DNA of 64,000 nt, taken from an uncultured virus (IMG/VR IMGVR_UViG_3300048503_000010). Taxonomy: Duplodnaviria; Heunggongvirae; Uroviricota; Caudoviricetes. Where the stretch lies: positions 1-64,000 of IMG/VR virus record IMGVR_UViG_3300048503_000010; one strand, 5' to 3'. The notes under the pieces were generated by a model. It made no database searches and was not told the origin of the DNA. It saw nothing but the letters and a program-made list of their open reading frames with translations. Below are positions 1 to 10,663 of the stretch, piece by piece (the stretch's first letter is position 1; every line of letters begins with the position of its first letter). The position numbers and the translations under genes are program-made.

Positions 1-25
1 AAGCAGTGGTATCAACGCAGAGTAC
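1..25 (+). other. SMART/template-switch (PacBio ultra-low-input) adapter, library artefact
   Basis: Exact AAGCAGTGGTATCAACGCAGAGTAC at the window start. Confidence 0.97.
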
Positions 26-115
26 TCTCCCTGTCCCGTCCGCTTCGCTCCAAACTGATACTAACCATTTTTTTCCAGTTCATTATCTCTCCAATAATCT
101 TAAACCGTAATTCTA

Positions 116-382
116 TTAGGACCAGAGACACACTGTCCCCGTGGCAGAATAAACCGACTGTATATAATACGTTCCCGAAGGACTAATGTATGCATTCACC
201 CAAAACACAGGGCTTCCAATAATAGTTCCATTCACATCCAAAGGAATACTAACAAATTGGGTTGTAATCTGCTCTCCAGATGCAGACCCATCTTGGCTCA
301 GCCTAATAAGAATAAACCCATTAGAAACAGGACTTCCATCAGGTGTTATGAACGTATTGACAGTTAAAGATGCCTGCGACAT
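116..382 (-). CDS. Putative virion/tail protein (possibly frameshifted)
   Basis: ATG with GGGAG RBS; beta-rich sequence; lies in the structural module. Confidence 0.5.
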   Translation of the reverse strand: MSQASLTVNTFITPDGSPVSNGFILIRLSQDGSASGEQITTQFVSIPLDVNGTIIGSPVFWVNAYISPSGTYYIQSVYSATGTVCLWS

Positions 383-399
383 TATACACTCCCTCGCCC

Positions 400-1314
400 T
401 TGAATTCCTTGCTGGTTAGACGCCGGAAGCGTCTGCTGCATACCCTGTGACCGTCTGCCATTGAGACAGGAAAATATTAAACTGTGTCTGAGTTAAACCT
501 TGGCTAGAACTCAAAATATGTGCTAAAAAATTTCTGCTCTGCCATCTGAGCGCGGGGATCGTCTGTGAACAAAAATAAAAGACTCAGCATTCCCCAATTA
601 TATATATGGGAATACGAGTCTGGAATTGGTGCCCATGTTCCATTAAGACTTGTGATTAATGTTGGCTTCTGCTGAAATTAGTGATGGACACTGGGTATGC
701 CTGATCTGGGCAAGGCATAAGTCTGAAAGTTACGTTCCCCAATGAGTCAAATAGTTGTGCCGAAATATCGTGTGGTCTGGATTTCGCAGATTCAGCGGAA
801 AGACACAACTTAACTTCGATCTCCTTCCACTCTTGGGCTGAAGTATTCGGATTAGTCGCTTTTATGGATGCCGTCTCGATCCAACCAAAATTATAAGTTG
901 TAGACCCCCCCGGACAAACCGATTGGACCAGAATTCATCCAAACCACGGTTGATCCATCGTTCGTAACTTGTCCTGTGGTTGGGTTCCACGTTGGAGCAG
1001 TGCTTCCCGTAACTCCACCAGTGGTCACAATCTGTGAATTACCGTTGCTGTCCACTGTAACAGTTCCTGCTGATACATTAGTAGCAACTTGCCAGTTAAA
1101 CAGGGTATAATCCTGCTGTCCCGGAACACAAACAAACCCGGTTACTGCACGGTTCCACGGCCACGAGAATGGAGGACTAACAATGGTCTGAAGAACTGTA
1201 TTAGCACTGCTAACAGCAGGCTCATTGAAATTTCCTAATGCTGTAGGACGCTGTGAGATAAAGCGTTTTTGCCCATTCAAGCGTCTGTATCAATTTTATA
1301 GAACTCAGTGCCCA
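400..1314 (-). CDS. Putative head-tail adaptor/tail tubular protein, frameshifted; approximate ends
   Basis: ORF 891..1280 (EPAVSSANTVLQTIVSPPFSWPWNR...GQQDY) continues in other frames; resembles the next gene (QQDY motif). Confidence 0.5.
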
Positions 1315-1396
1315 TAACCTCTCCGTGCAACTAAAAAATAAAAATGGGAGACGGGCGAAATGCCAAGACGTCTCCCGTAGTTTTTATACTAAATTA

Positions 1397-2560
1397 CTAA
1401 CTCCATGGTCCAAACGGAAGTGAGGGTGTAATCTGATTGATTCCCAAAACCTGTGTCCATAACCCCCTACATTTCCCGGATAAAATCCGAAATCATCCGG
1501 TTCCCCTATCTGCCTGTCTAACAGCCTTATCTAAGGACTCCAGCCATAGTTGCTGCTCTTGAGCAAATCTGGCTCTAACTTTGGGATCGGGATTTCGTCT
1601 ATAACATTGTGCGAACAACCCCACTTTTGAAAGCCCCACTCAAAATTATCGGGCAGAGGGTTCAAATATTGTGTAAGATTGGTGAATCTGGGGGCAACCA
1701 TTTGCCCAACAACTTGTATTACCCATACTACCCCCAGACTGAGGAGGGGTAGGACTAACCCCTGATACCCTTGACCCAACCGGATTAATTGCTGTCCCAA
1801 ACACAACCCTCCATCGGTTACCGTTGTTGAAAGCAAATTTGGATTACGCAAAGTAGGATATGTAGGACTGGCAGGCCACGTTGGTTCCACACTCCCCACA
1901 AATTCCATATGTTGTAAGACACCATAAGTTTCCATTGGGGTCTTGTATTGCAGTCGTAGCATTATATGGAGTAAGCAAAGTTCCAAGAGGATTAGTATAT
2001 ATTACACCCGGACCCGGATTCTGCTGCCCGCTCATACTGGGACCGGATACAGTAATCTGACCGCTTGGATTTCCTGCTGTTGGTCCTTGTGGCGCTGCTC
2101 CCCCATGTTCCTGTCATCAACATACTGTTCGGCAACCACGAAACCTTGGCCGTATATCCACCTTGGTTATTAGTTACCAACAAGTCCCTGTCGATCTCAA
2201 TTGGAAATCTCTGCTTAGGAACCGATGTCTGGTTAATATCTACCCATCCATGCACTCTCAAGCCCAACCCAATATTAAACAAATTCGGGATAAAGTAGTC
2301 TTGCTGCACACTGTTTACTGGGAATGTAGGAAGATTATAACGATTTCCACTTCCAGTTATATGCTTGACCTGCATTTCCACCATTGATAATTGCCCTGCA
2401 TAACATCATTGGCAATAGATAATGCTGGTGACATAGAAAATCCACCCGTCGCAAGGGCGGGGGCTACATCTCCTAAAGTAGATGCATCATCTACAACTTC
2501 TTGAAGCTGGATTGTTGAATTTCCAAAAACAGATGAAGAAAGAAATGGACTTCCGCTGGC
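1397..2560 (-). CDS. Putative head-tail adaptor/tail protein, broken by several indels; approximate ends
   Basis: Overlapping fragments 2357..2593, 1992..2384, 1844..2035 and 1531..1986 join into one plausible protein (PALSIANDVM...NSVQQDYF). Confidence 0.5.
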
Positions 2561-2776
2561 ATAAACAATAGCATAACCTGTTACTCCCTGCACCTGATGC
2601 TATCAAATAAAGATTGTTTGCGTCAAAACGTGTGGGCTGAAACCAAACACTTCCTACACTGGTTAACTCAAAAAACAACGGAACCGGGAACTACACCTAA
2701 AGTGTGTGGTAAGGTGAAGTTCCCGCCTGCGCTAGTTACAAAAGGTATTTGAACTATTGATGCCATGTTTGATCCC

Positions 2777-3378
2777 TTATTATTTCAATGTTGTAGCTTC
2801 TGTGGCTTCCCTATAAAACTCTCCATTATCCGAGTAGCGGAACCAAATATGCACTTGAAGGTGTATTTCTTGTCTGAAATTCCTTAGCTTCCCTCATATA
2901 CTGCCCCATGCTCCCCTTATAGGCTTCGTCAGTCTTATAAGCGCGTCTGACAGGAGGCTTCCAAGTCTTGCCGCAACGTAAACAGCGAACCCCACATATC
3001 CCCCATTAGCAAACGTATGCTTTAGTACGGCGTACTGAGAGTCATCCCCCCTTTCCGCCTACAACACCCCTGAGCACCATTTCCGCCTTTCTTGTGGTTA
3101 CAGCGGTTCTGTGTTGCTTTGTCGATTGCGGAAAGCTGCTTCAATGTTTGACCATTGATAACACTTCGCTGAAGCCTGTTTTCACGCTTCATCCCACGCT
3201 CAGCAAGGCGCTCTTGAAGGTCTTGTAAATTAAGTGTTTTCTCCTGAAGTTCAAGCTTTGCATTTTCCAATGCAAGTTGTTTAAGTTCCGCATCCAAAGC
3301 ATCAATTTTCTTGCTAGGCTTTGGTGTCTCTGCCGAATGTGTAGAAACATCTCCCGCAATATCATTCAAATTTGTCAT
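2777..3378 (-). CDS. Coiled-coil protein with C-terminal Cys/His motif, frameshifted
   Basis: ORF 3022..3378 has an RBS and continues in another frame as KHTFANGDMWVRCLRCGKTW. Confidence 0.5.
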
Positions 3379-4755
3379 AGTCTCCTCTCCTATTTTTCTA
3401 TCTATTACTGTACACCGGTGTGAATCTTCCTAATCTCCTGTACCGTTGCATTATACCTATCAAACGCCGCATCGCTACGAGGTTTACCCAAATATACGAT
3501 TTGCCATCTCCTCTGTAATCATTTCTTTCAACATTAGCTGTAGAAGGCAAGTACGCCAACCACGTCTCCCTCTCTGCAAGTGGTATACCATACCGATCGA
3601 AGTTCATAATCGATAATTCAGGCATCTGCCCGATTTGTGCCCCAACAAGCTACTTCAGCTTCAGAAAATCCCAGTGCGCGACACAAACAAAACAGCTTTG
3701 TCCGGTTGTGGATGCTGCTTATAGAAGCATGTTAAACCGGCTCGTCTAAGTTTATATATGAACTCCTCATGAGTCATTACCTTACCGATTCTGGCTTCGA
3801 CATCTGCATACTCTTCCGGTTTTCAGCCACTGATACTGCTTTGCATTCTCGTCATTTCCTTCTTTTAACTCTGCCCAATACCCTCCTGAGACTGATTACT
3901 CGATGGAGCATCTTGGTAATACTTTGTGGAGTACTCTGCCACTTGAGCGGCTAACTCCGGGGTCATCTTAGTATCTAACTCTGCACTGTAGCTGTCCCCA
4001 TGGTGCCGTAGCGTCGAGGCGTGTCCCCCTGTAGCTTCTGGACTTCTTCTGGTGTAATTGTCATCAAGCCCTCCAGCTTGCAAAAACGTGTCTGCTCTAA
4101 AATAAAGGCCGCGACCCCTTGGAATAAAGCAGTGCAGTCAACCGCCTGCGCGGGCTAAGTGACCGCAAGCATATATATGTTAATCCATACTCAGTAATCC
4201 ACATCATATGGTTTTTTCATATATATGAAAAACTTTGCGCGGAGCCGAAGCCCCGCGTCTTTTACTCTGCCTGAACGTACAAAGCAACTAAACTTTCTGC
4301 TTCTGCCTGAGTAATGTTAGGTTTACCTAACAAAGAAAGTCCCTGTTTTGCCGCTGCAAGTTTTTGCGGTTGCTTGCTGAGCCGCAGATACAACCCGGCT
4401 CATACTGTGCAACCCTTTTTATTAAAGTAGTTAGTTCCTTCACCGGCCCATGCTATCTCCCTAAAGAACTTCCTGTGATTATTTGCTTTGGTCTATGGCG
4501 CTTAAGGCTTGTAGGCACTTATCGACTATAAAACTATAATCACCAGAGCCGCATTCTATCCCGCCCAAACGCTCTGATTTTTTCCCATCGCAATCTGACT
4601 GTCTGTTTTCCGACTTGCACAGTTCCCAAAAACAACTCATCTGAATGTTCCTGAGAACTTTTCTGACCCACTGCGCAAGCTTTTGTTAACATTGCGCAGT
4701 GCTCGATTGTGATGACGTAGAACTTCCATATTGTCTACGTCATCATTTTGTGTCA

Positions 4756-5772
4756 TCATAATACCCCTCCAGTATTAGAACGATTACGGTAATACGGTTT
4801 ACCGAAACCCTCTGCGTAAATCTTGTCTTTCGGCAAGTTATACATTGGATTTCCTGATGCTGCCCCGGTTACACCAGACTCATTATCAAAAGTTGGGTAT
4901 GATACTTCTACCACACTCCCGCCCGGATAAAGAGCAGTCAAAAGACCGTTTGCACTAACTGATACAATTGCTTCAGGTGTGCTTGAGGGGCTGTCTGTCC
5001 CTGTGCTAGTTGTCTTAAAATCATATACAACATATGTAAGTGAATACTCGCCTACAGCTACTTGCTGCGTAGCAGTCGCTGTTTGAGCCGACTCCGCTGC
5101 GCCATTCGCGTTTGCAAGGGTTAAAGTTGTAGTTCCGTTGTTATCCACACAAACAAATGTGCCATTATCTGCCGCAGTCCCGAAAGATGCAACCACGAAG
5201 GTTTCACCAATCAAACTGTGAGCAGCGGCAACAACTGTTCCTGTGTAAACTGTATTAGCACCAACAGCATTTGCAGCCGATGTTAAAGCGTATACATTAC
5301 CTGCAATAACTTCCTGAGAAGTTGCAGTTGCTGTCTGCGCTGTAGCAGACGTAGCACTTGCATTCTCCAACGTGATTGTGGTAGAACCATTATTCGCTGT
5401 ACAGATGAATGTTCCATTGTTTGCTGCGGCAACATAACCTGCAACAACGAATGTCTTCCCGACTAGGGCGTTAGCTCCTGCTACAATTGTTCCTGTATAC
5501 ACCGCAGTAGAACCACTAGAACTTGCAACAGATGTCAAAGCATATGCTGTGCCCGGCGTAAGTTCATTTCCACCGGCATCTTCAATGTTAGGACTAAGCT
5601 GGAATGTTTCTGGATAGGTTACTCCAGCATATGTAGCACCAGTCTTAGATAGAACAACATTGTTATATCCCGGAACTGAACTTCCACCTGCCAAGTTACC
5701 TACAACAGAGATTTTAGCCGCTACACCTAAACCTGTAGTTTGAGCCGGATATGACTCTTGTACGTTTCCCAT
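4756..5772 (-). CDS. Virion structural protein (Thr/Ala-rich, internal duplication, Ig-like C-terminus)
   Basis: 338 aa directly after the capsid gene; duplicated YALTS...VYTGT...NGTF.C..NNG unit. Confidence 0.65.
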   Translation of the reverse strand: MGNVQESYPAQTTGLGVAAKISVVGNLAGGSSVPGYNNVVLSKTGATYAGVTYPETFQLSPNIEDAGGNELTPGTAYALTSVASSSGSTAVYTGTIVAGANALVGKTFVVAGYVAAANNGTFICTANNGSTTITLENASATSATAQTATATSQEVIAGNVYALTSAANAVGANTVYTGTVVAAAHSLIGETFVVASFGTAADNGTFVCVDNNGTTTLTLANANGAAESAQTATATQQVAVGEYSLTYVVYDFKTTSTGTDSPSSTPEAIVSVSANGLLTALYPGGSVVEVSYPTFDNESGVTGAASGNPMYNLPKDKIYAEGFGKPYYRNRSNTGGVL

Positions 5773-5789
5773 TTTTTCTCCTATTTCAT

Positions 5790-5820
5790 AATGTGGGAGA
5801 AATTTCTCTCTCCCACATAA
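5790..5820 (-). terminator. Hairpin after the capsid gene
   Basis: ATGTGGGAGA...TCTCCCACAT inverted repeat. Confidence 0.5.
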
Positions 5821-5836
5821 TTAGTTAGACTTAGCC

Positions 5837-8518
5837 TTAGCTAATTGCGCTTGCAGCGTCAATCTCACGGATTCTGATTGTTGTATCAGGACCAAGTGAA
5901 GTCGTGAAATGTACACGATAGCTAGTCCATCCGGGGATCAACCCTTCAGGATCAGCAACGCTAGGTGCAGCATTTTGTACTACGTTACACTTAATATTGC
6001 TCCACTCACCGTCGCCAAAGCCTGTGTCGCCCTGTGCTCCAAGCTTAATGCTAAAGATACCGTCACGTCCGAAGATGTAGGTACGAAGAGCAGTAAAGAT
6101 TGATGCACCAGCGCCAGAATTGTAGCTAGGTGTGGTTGTAACTTGGTTAGTCTGGAAGAAACGAACACCAGTTGAAGGAAGTTCAATCATTTCTGTCAAA
6201 TCAACAGAAATAAGGTCTTCCATACGTGCTAGACCAACTGGAGTGTGCTTCAAGATGTCGATAGGTGAGTTATTAGTAGCGTCAGCTAGAACATCGCCCA
6301 GAGCAAATGGGTGAATTACACCTACAAATGTCTTGCTTGCTTCGTCAAACGGACGAACTGAACGACCTGCAAGACTCTGCACAGCATTACGAATCTGATC
6401 AAGACTCAGTGCTGTAAATACGGTTGATGGTGATGCGCCTGCTGCAAGCTTTGTAAGAACGCTTGTATCAACCGCTGCCGCACCGTCAGCCGTTGCGCGA
6501 ACAAGGCCGCTCAGCGATTCGCCAAGACGATATGCAAGTTCACGTGCTACGTTTTCTACAGTATTGTCGTGATATTGTTATTATCTTCTAACATCTCTGT
6601 TAGAGAATTCTCACAATCACTTGTGAGTCCAGACTGTATCTTTATTGACAATGGATGTTTAATCATAAAAAGTTTATCTTGAATTTTCTTCTTCCGTTCC
6701 TTTGAAACCCCCCTTAAAGCTTCAAGTACCAAAAGAAGTTGTTCATGCTTTATTGTAGAATACGGGAGTATTCTTAAAATAAACTTTTCCATTTGCTCTA
6801 CAGGAACGCAAACTCTATACTCAGGTAACCTATCTGATTTTGCATTTTTTCTATATCCGCCAGTTACATTATTGGCATTAAATAAAATCTTTGCTGTTTC
6901 CAGAAGGCTTTTATTTGAATTAGCAATCCAAATAGTAGGACCGTGGTATACCGCTGCTGTTCCCTCTCCATCAAAAATCGCGGAGAAATAAGCATTTTGT
7001 AGATTAATTTTCCATTTAACAATATGGTTCGTGTCAGTCGTTACGGAACTTGAATTTGCAATTAAACATTCATTATACAAATTTTTTCTAATTTCTGGAA
7101 CTGTCTCTCCTTCAAGTTCTAAAAATTGTATACATAAATTTACTTGATTCTTCTTAATTGCAACATAAGGATAAACTAATTTTAGAACTTTTAGTGCATG
7201 TTTAGAACCATCCGGTTTCCACGCATACACATTTTGTCTAACTTCAGTTTCCTTTCGTAGCATTCGGTATGTTCCACCAAAATGCTTAACTAAATATTTC
7301 ATTAAAGGTAAATATGTATTATATACTGCCAAACTTACTCCATATGAAGTGTAATTTTCGTAAGTATATTCTTTACCTTTAACAACGTACGTTCTCTCTT
7401 TAGAAATATGTCTACTAATAGACACATCTCCTTCTGAGTCGAACAATCCTGCTAAATACGCCTTAGTTTTTTTCTTTCATTCAAGTTTCCTCGGTATTGT
7501 CTGCTAAGCAGAGGTTCACCGATATAGAACCATTTAACGGCAACCGATTAATTAATCGCCGTAGCTAACGAAAGCGAGCTAAAGTTAGCGTAATCTGCAT
7601 ATTCGCCAATGGTGGCCGTTGTAGTCAAAACGTTTACTGAAATACCTGCCCCAACAGTTCCCTCAAGAGTCTGAGTTGTGTTAGCAGCCATAGGTACATA
7701 CATAAAGAGTTTCATATTGATTACCACTCTCATCGTAGGCAGTCCAATGACGTTCGGACTCTATGCTTAACGGAATTGTTTTCCGTTTCCTGCGTATTAG
7801 TCTCTAGGGATATTCCACGAGTATTCACTGATGGCTCATTTTTGTATATGATAACCTTCGTATCTCGGACTCTCATCTGTGCGATCCATTCGTACAAAAT
7901 TTAGTACAGATTTTCGCCTGCTCTTTATTAACCACTAGGGATGGAAGAACTGCAAGAAGAAGTTCGTTTAATTTCACTCTTCTTTGTAAATCTCCACATC
8001 CAAGCAGTTTTCGTTTTAGCTGTCTCTTTTTTAGACAAATAAACGTGACCGCCAAAATGCTTTTGTAACCAATCAATTAACTCCTTGCTAGTATTTTGTA
8101 CTAACAAAAGAGCATTGTAGTTAATGCAAGTTTCTTTTTTACCTGCACCAATGGTTATACAGCCTTCGCCGTCTATTATGCCTGCTAAATAAGCGTACTT
8201 AGCTTTATCTGACATATTGCCTCCTTTTGGGATATTACATAGGGCATTCTGAATCTTTCCTCGGTATTGTCTGTATTATAACAGATGTCCACCGATATAG
8301 CAAGATTTATTTTGTAGTACGGGACATTTATTTTACGCCGTAGCGTAGGAGTTAATCTCGTACTGGTTACGATTCTTTGTAGGTAGGTCCAAACGTTCGG
8401 AACACGCCACAAATGGTGTTTGCGCCTTCAGATTCTCGCGGAACTTTTTGTCATAATATTTGACCGTTGACTGAGGCAGGTTTGACTGTCCATTACTTGA
8501 TGGTGAATAACTAGCCAT
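5837..8518 (-). CDS. Major capsid protein (N4-gp56-like), three exons: 8355-8518, 7555-7707, 5837-6569
   Basis: Exons join in frame to 349 aa (YYDKKFRENL...LEG...GEYADY...IDNTVENVARELAY...VIHPF...GVRFFQT); follows the scaffold gene. Confidence 0.85.
6556..7480 (-). CDS. Double-domain LAGLIDADG homing endonuclease
   Basis: AYLAGLFDSEG and AYFSAIFDGEG motifs; probable ATG at 7480 offset by an indel in an A-run. Confidence 0.88.
6570..7554 (-). ncRNA. Group I intron 2 in the capsid gene
   Basis: P1 CGGCGAU/GUUGCCG with U.G at the splice site; P3 ATGGTTC/GAACCAT; core CTATATCGGTG...GACAATACCGAGG; P7 GACTG/CAGTC; P9 hairpins. Confidence 0.88.
7708..8354 (-). ncRNA. Group I intron 1 in the capsid gene (3' boundary uncertain)
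   Basis: P1 AGUACGAGAU/GUCCCGUACU; P3 TCTTGC/GCAGGA; same core as intron 2; GAGACTA and AGAGTCCGA elements; P8 AACGGAA/TTCCGTT. Confidence 0.82.
7873..8215 (-). CDS. Single-domain LAGLIDADG homing endonuclease, frameshifted
   Basis: YAYLAGIIDGEGCI; continues in the 7873..8076 frame (LLAVLPSLVVNKEQA). Confidence 0.85.
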
Positions 8519-8753
8519 TGTAATTTCCCTTAGTACAAAAAACTCCTAAAACTTCTCCTCCAAGAGTTACTAAGAATTTAAGTCCCTTGCGTCAGTTAAT
8601 TGCTCCAGTAATCCGACTGTGCTTTCTCTGCCTTTGGCCTAGACTTCGGCTTTAGTTCCCTCACGCTAATTTGGTGGCTCTACAGTAATCCACTGCGATA
8701 CCAATGTATATGATACGCGATATAGAAAAAGCGTATCGTATACCAATTTATTG

Positions 8754-9191
8754 CTAAGCAGTTTTGTGCATGCATAGTGCATGTTTTCCCCTGCCATAAA
8801 AATTCTCGTCTACAGATTCAACCCTGTATCCAAGATCAAAATACAACCTTTGCGCCGGATTGTCCGATGCTACTTGAAGCCAGTACGCCGTACCATTACC
8901 CAGACTATCCCGCCAACTAAAACTCTTTTCAAACGTCTCTATAAGTTCTGTTGCTATACCCATTCCTCTATATAGTTCAAGAACAGAAACATTGTCGATG
9001 TATGGTATACCGTGTTTAACATGTCCAGAGATAAATCCTTGAATATATCCATTTTCTGCCACAGCAACCCACGTTTTATACTTCTTCAAATCCTCTAAAA
9101 GTTCTGAATCTGGTTCTGCATCTTTGAAACAAGCACGATTTATAGCGCAGACCGCGCAAGCATCCTTCTCCTGATACTCACGAATTGTCAT
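8754..9191 (-). CDS. GNAT (RimI-like) acetyltransferase
   Basis: VSV...YRGMGIA acetyl-CoA motif; N.PAQRLY..LGY. Confidence 0.88.
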   Translation of the reverse strand: MTIREYQEKDACAVCAINRACFKDAEPDSELLEDLKKYKTWVAVAENGYIQGFISGHVKHGIPYIDNVSVLELYRGMGIATELIETFEKSFSWRDSLGNGTAYWLQVASDNPAQRLYFDLGYRVESVDENFYGRGKHALCMHKTA

Positions 9192-9194
9192 ATC

Positions 9195-10172
9195 CTACCT
9201 CTTTCTCGCTGCTGCTTCCAACTTGTCTACTTCTACACCAAAAGTCTTGTCAGTAAGAAGTCTACGCTTATACTCGTCACTTGGCATAGCTTGCACGGCT
9301 GCAAGTCCGGTAAAAACCTTCTTTTGACCGTCCTGAATAAATTCATAGGCGATCCCGCTTCCGGGAGCACGGACCACACCAACATCTGATGAGTTGGCCC
9401 TTGTCAACCCACTTGAAACCCTGATAGGAATCTCGGCTACTGGTAACAATTCATGGACAACTTCTACAACAGGTTCCGCTACCGGAACGACCACTGATTC
9501 TACTGCCACAGGAATCTCCTCAACGGCACCGCTCTCAATAAGCACGCCCTGTGCTCTCAGGGTGTCATATGCCTTCTGAAAATTCTCTTTAACTGGGGCA
9601 AGATCATACCGAAGCATCCATGCTATGATTGCTTCCTGATTTTCAGAGCATTTATAATAATCATGGTTTTCTGCAATGAAAGAATCAACTTCTATTCTTG
9701 CACGAAGTTTAATGTTATCTTGCTGTACTCCCTGTAAAGTTTCACCAATAACTTTAAGAGGCGCTCCTACTCCAGCTTCAATCAAAGTCTCTGTTGCTTC
9801 ATACGCCGTGGTAGGGTCCAAAAGTTTATGAGCAATCTCATAACGCTCCTCATTGCTCAGTTCACGGGGCTTAAACTCAACCGCACCCGTAAAACGTTGG
9901 GCATCATCGGAAATAGGTTCATCCTCCAGAATGCCAAGACGATTGTTGCGCGTCTCTTTACGTAATTTACGAATAAGGAGGGTGTTCTGCTCTTGGAACT
10001 TCTCTACTAATTCTTCTTGTGTATGGTACTTGATTACTTGAAGCCCACCTATGGACCGTCCAGTTTCATCCTTGGGCTGATAAGTGTACCTCTGCTCTAC
10101 CAAAGGCTCCTCTACAACCTCTACTACAGGCTGCTCTACTACAGGCTGCTCTACTACAATTTCATCTGCCAT
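9195..10172 (-). CDS. Putative capsid scaffolding protein
   Basis: Acidic helical 325 aa protein between portal and capsid; C-terminal AMPSDEYKRR. Confidence 0.6.
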   Translation of the reverse strand: MADEIVVEQPVVEQPVVEVVEEPLVEQRYTYQPKDETGRSIGGLQVIKYHTQEELVEKFQEQNTLLIRKLRKETRNNRLGILEDEPISDDAQRFTGAVEFKPRELSNEERYEIAHKLLDPTTAYEATETLIEAGVGAPLKVIGETLQGVQQDNIKLRARIEVDSFIAENHDYYKCSENQEAIIAWMLRYDLAPVKENFQKAYDTLRAQGVLIESGAVEEIPVAVESVVVPVAEPVVEVVHELLPVAEIPIRVSSGLTRANSSDVGVVRAPGSGIAYEFIQDGQKKVFTGLAAVQAMPSDEYKRRLLTDKTFGVEVDKLEAAARKR

Positions 10173-10537
10173 TAGATAAACGCCTCCCCAACGTCTTCTG
10201 CTGCAATTTCTCCCATGTCCAAAGATTCACCAGAATCAACTGGTTTGCTATTTTCCTTTACCGTGTCTCGATAATCAGTCACTTCCTGATTAATCCGATT
10301 AATGAGCATCGTGTACAACTGTGCGGCAACCTTAGCCGATCTGTGCGCTTCGATTATATCTGCATCGGTCTTCTGATTGAGCCACGCCAAGATAAACCTG
10401 TCTACAGTCGATTTTCCAATCTTCTGAAAAACTGCAAAACCGGGATGATAAACAATCCCTGACAAATCGCCTATTTCTTGAGCCGAAAGACTGATCTCCG
10501 GCTCATATGTCTTCAAATTATTCTCGGTTGTTATCAT
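10172..10537 (-). CDS. Hypothetical protein downstream of portal
   Basis: 121 aa with RBS; abuts the next gene. Confidence 0.6.
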   Translation of the reverse strand: MITTENNLKTYEPEISLSAQEIGDLSGIVYHPGFAVFQKIGKSTVDRFILAWLNQKTDADIIEAHRSAKVAAQLYTMLINRINQEVTDYRDTVKENSKPVDSGESLDMGEIAAEDVGEAFI

Positions 10538-10663
10538 CCTCTTCTCCTAAGAATGCTGCCGTCTTTGCGCCGAATAACATCGCAATTTATCGGTTATTTT
10601 AGAGACGGCAATTTTAATTCAGGACCGAACGGTTACAAACTAAACAGTAACCGTTCGGTTTAC

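Noticed and set aside
400..4750. Alternative genetic code as the cause of fragmented genes
   Set aside because: The breaks are frame changes, not in-frame stops; all three stop codons end intact genes
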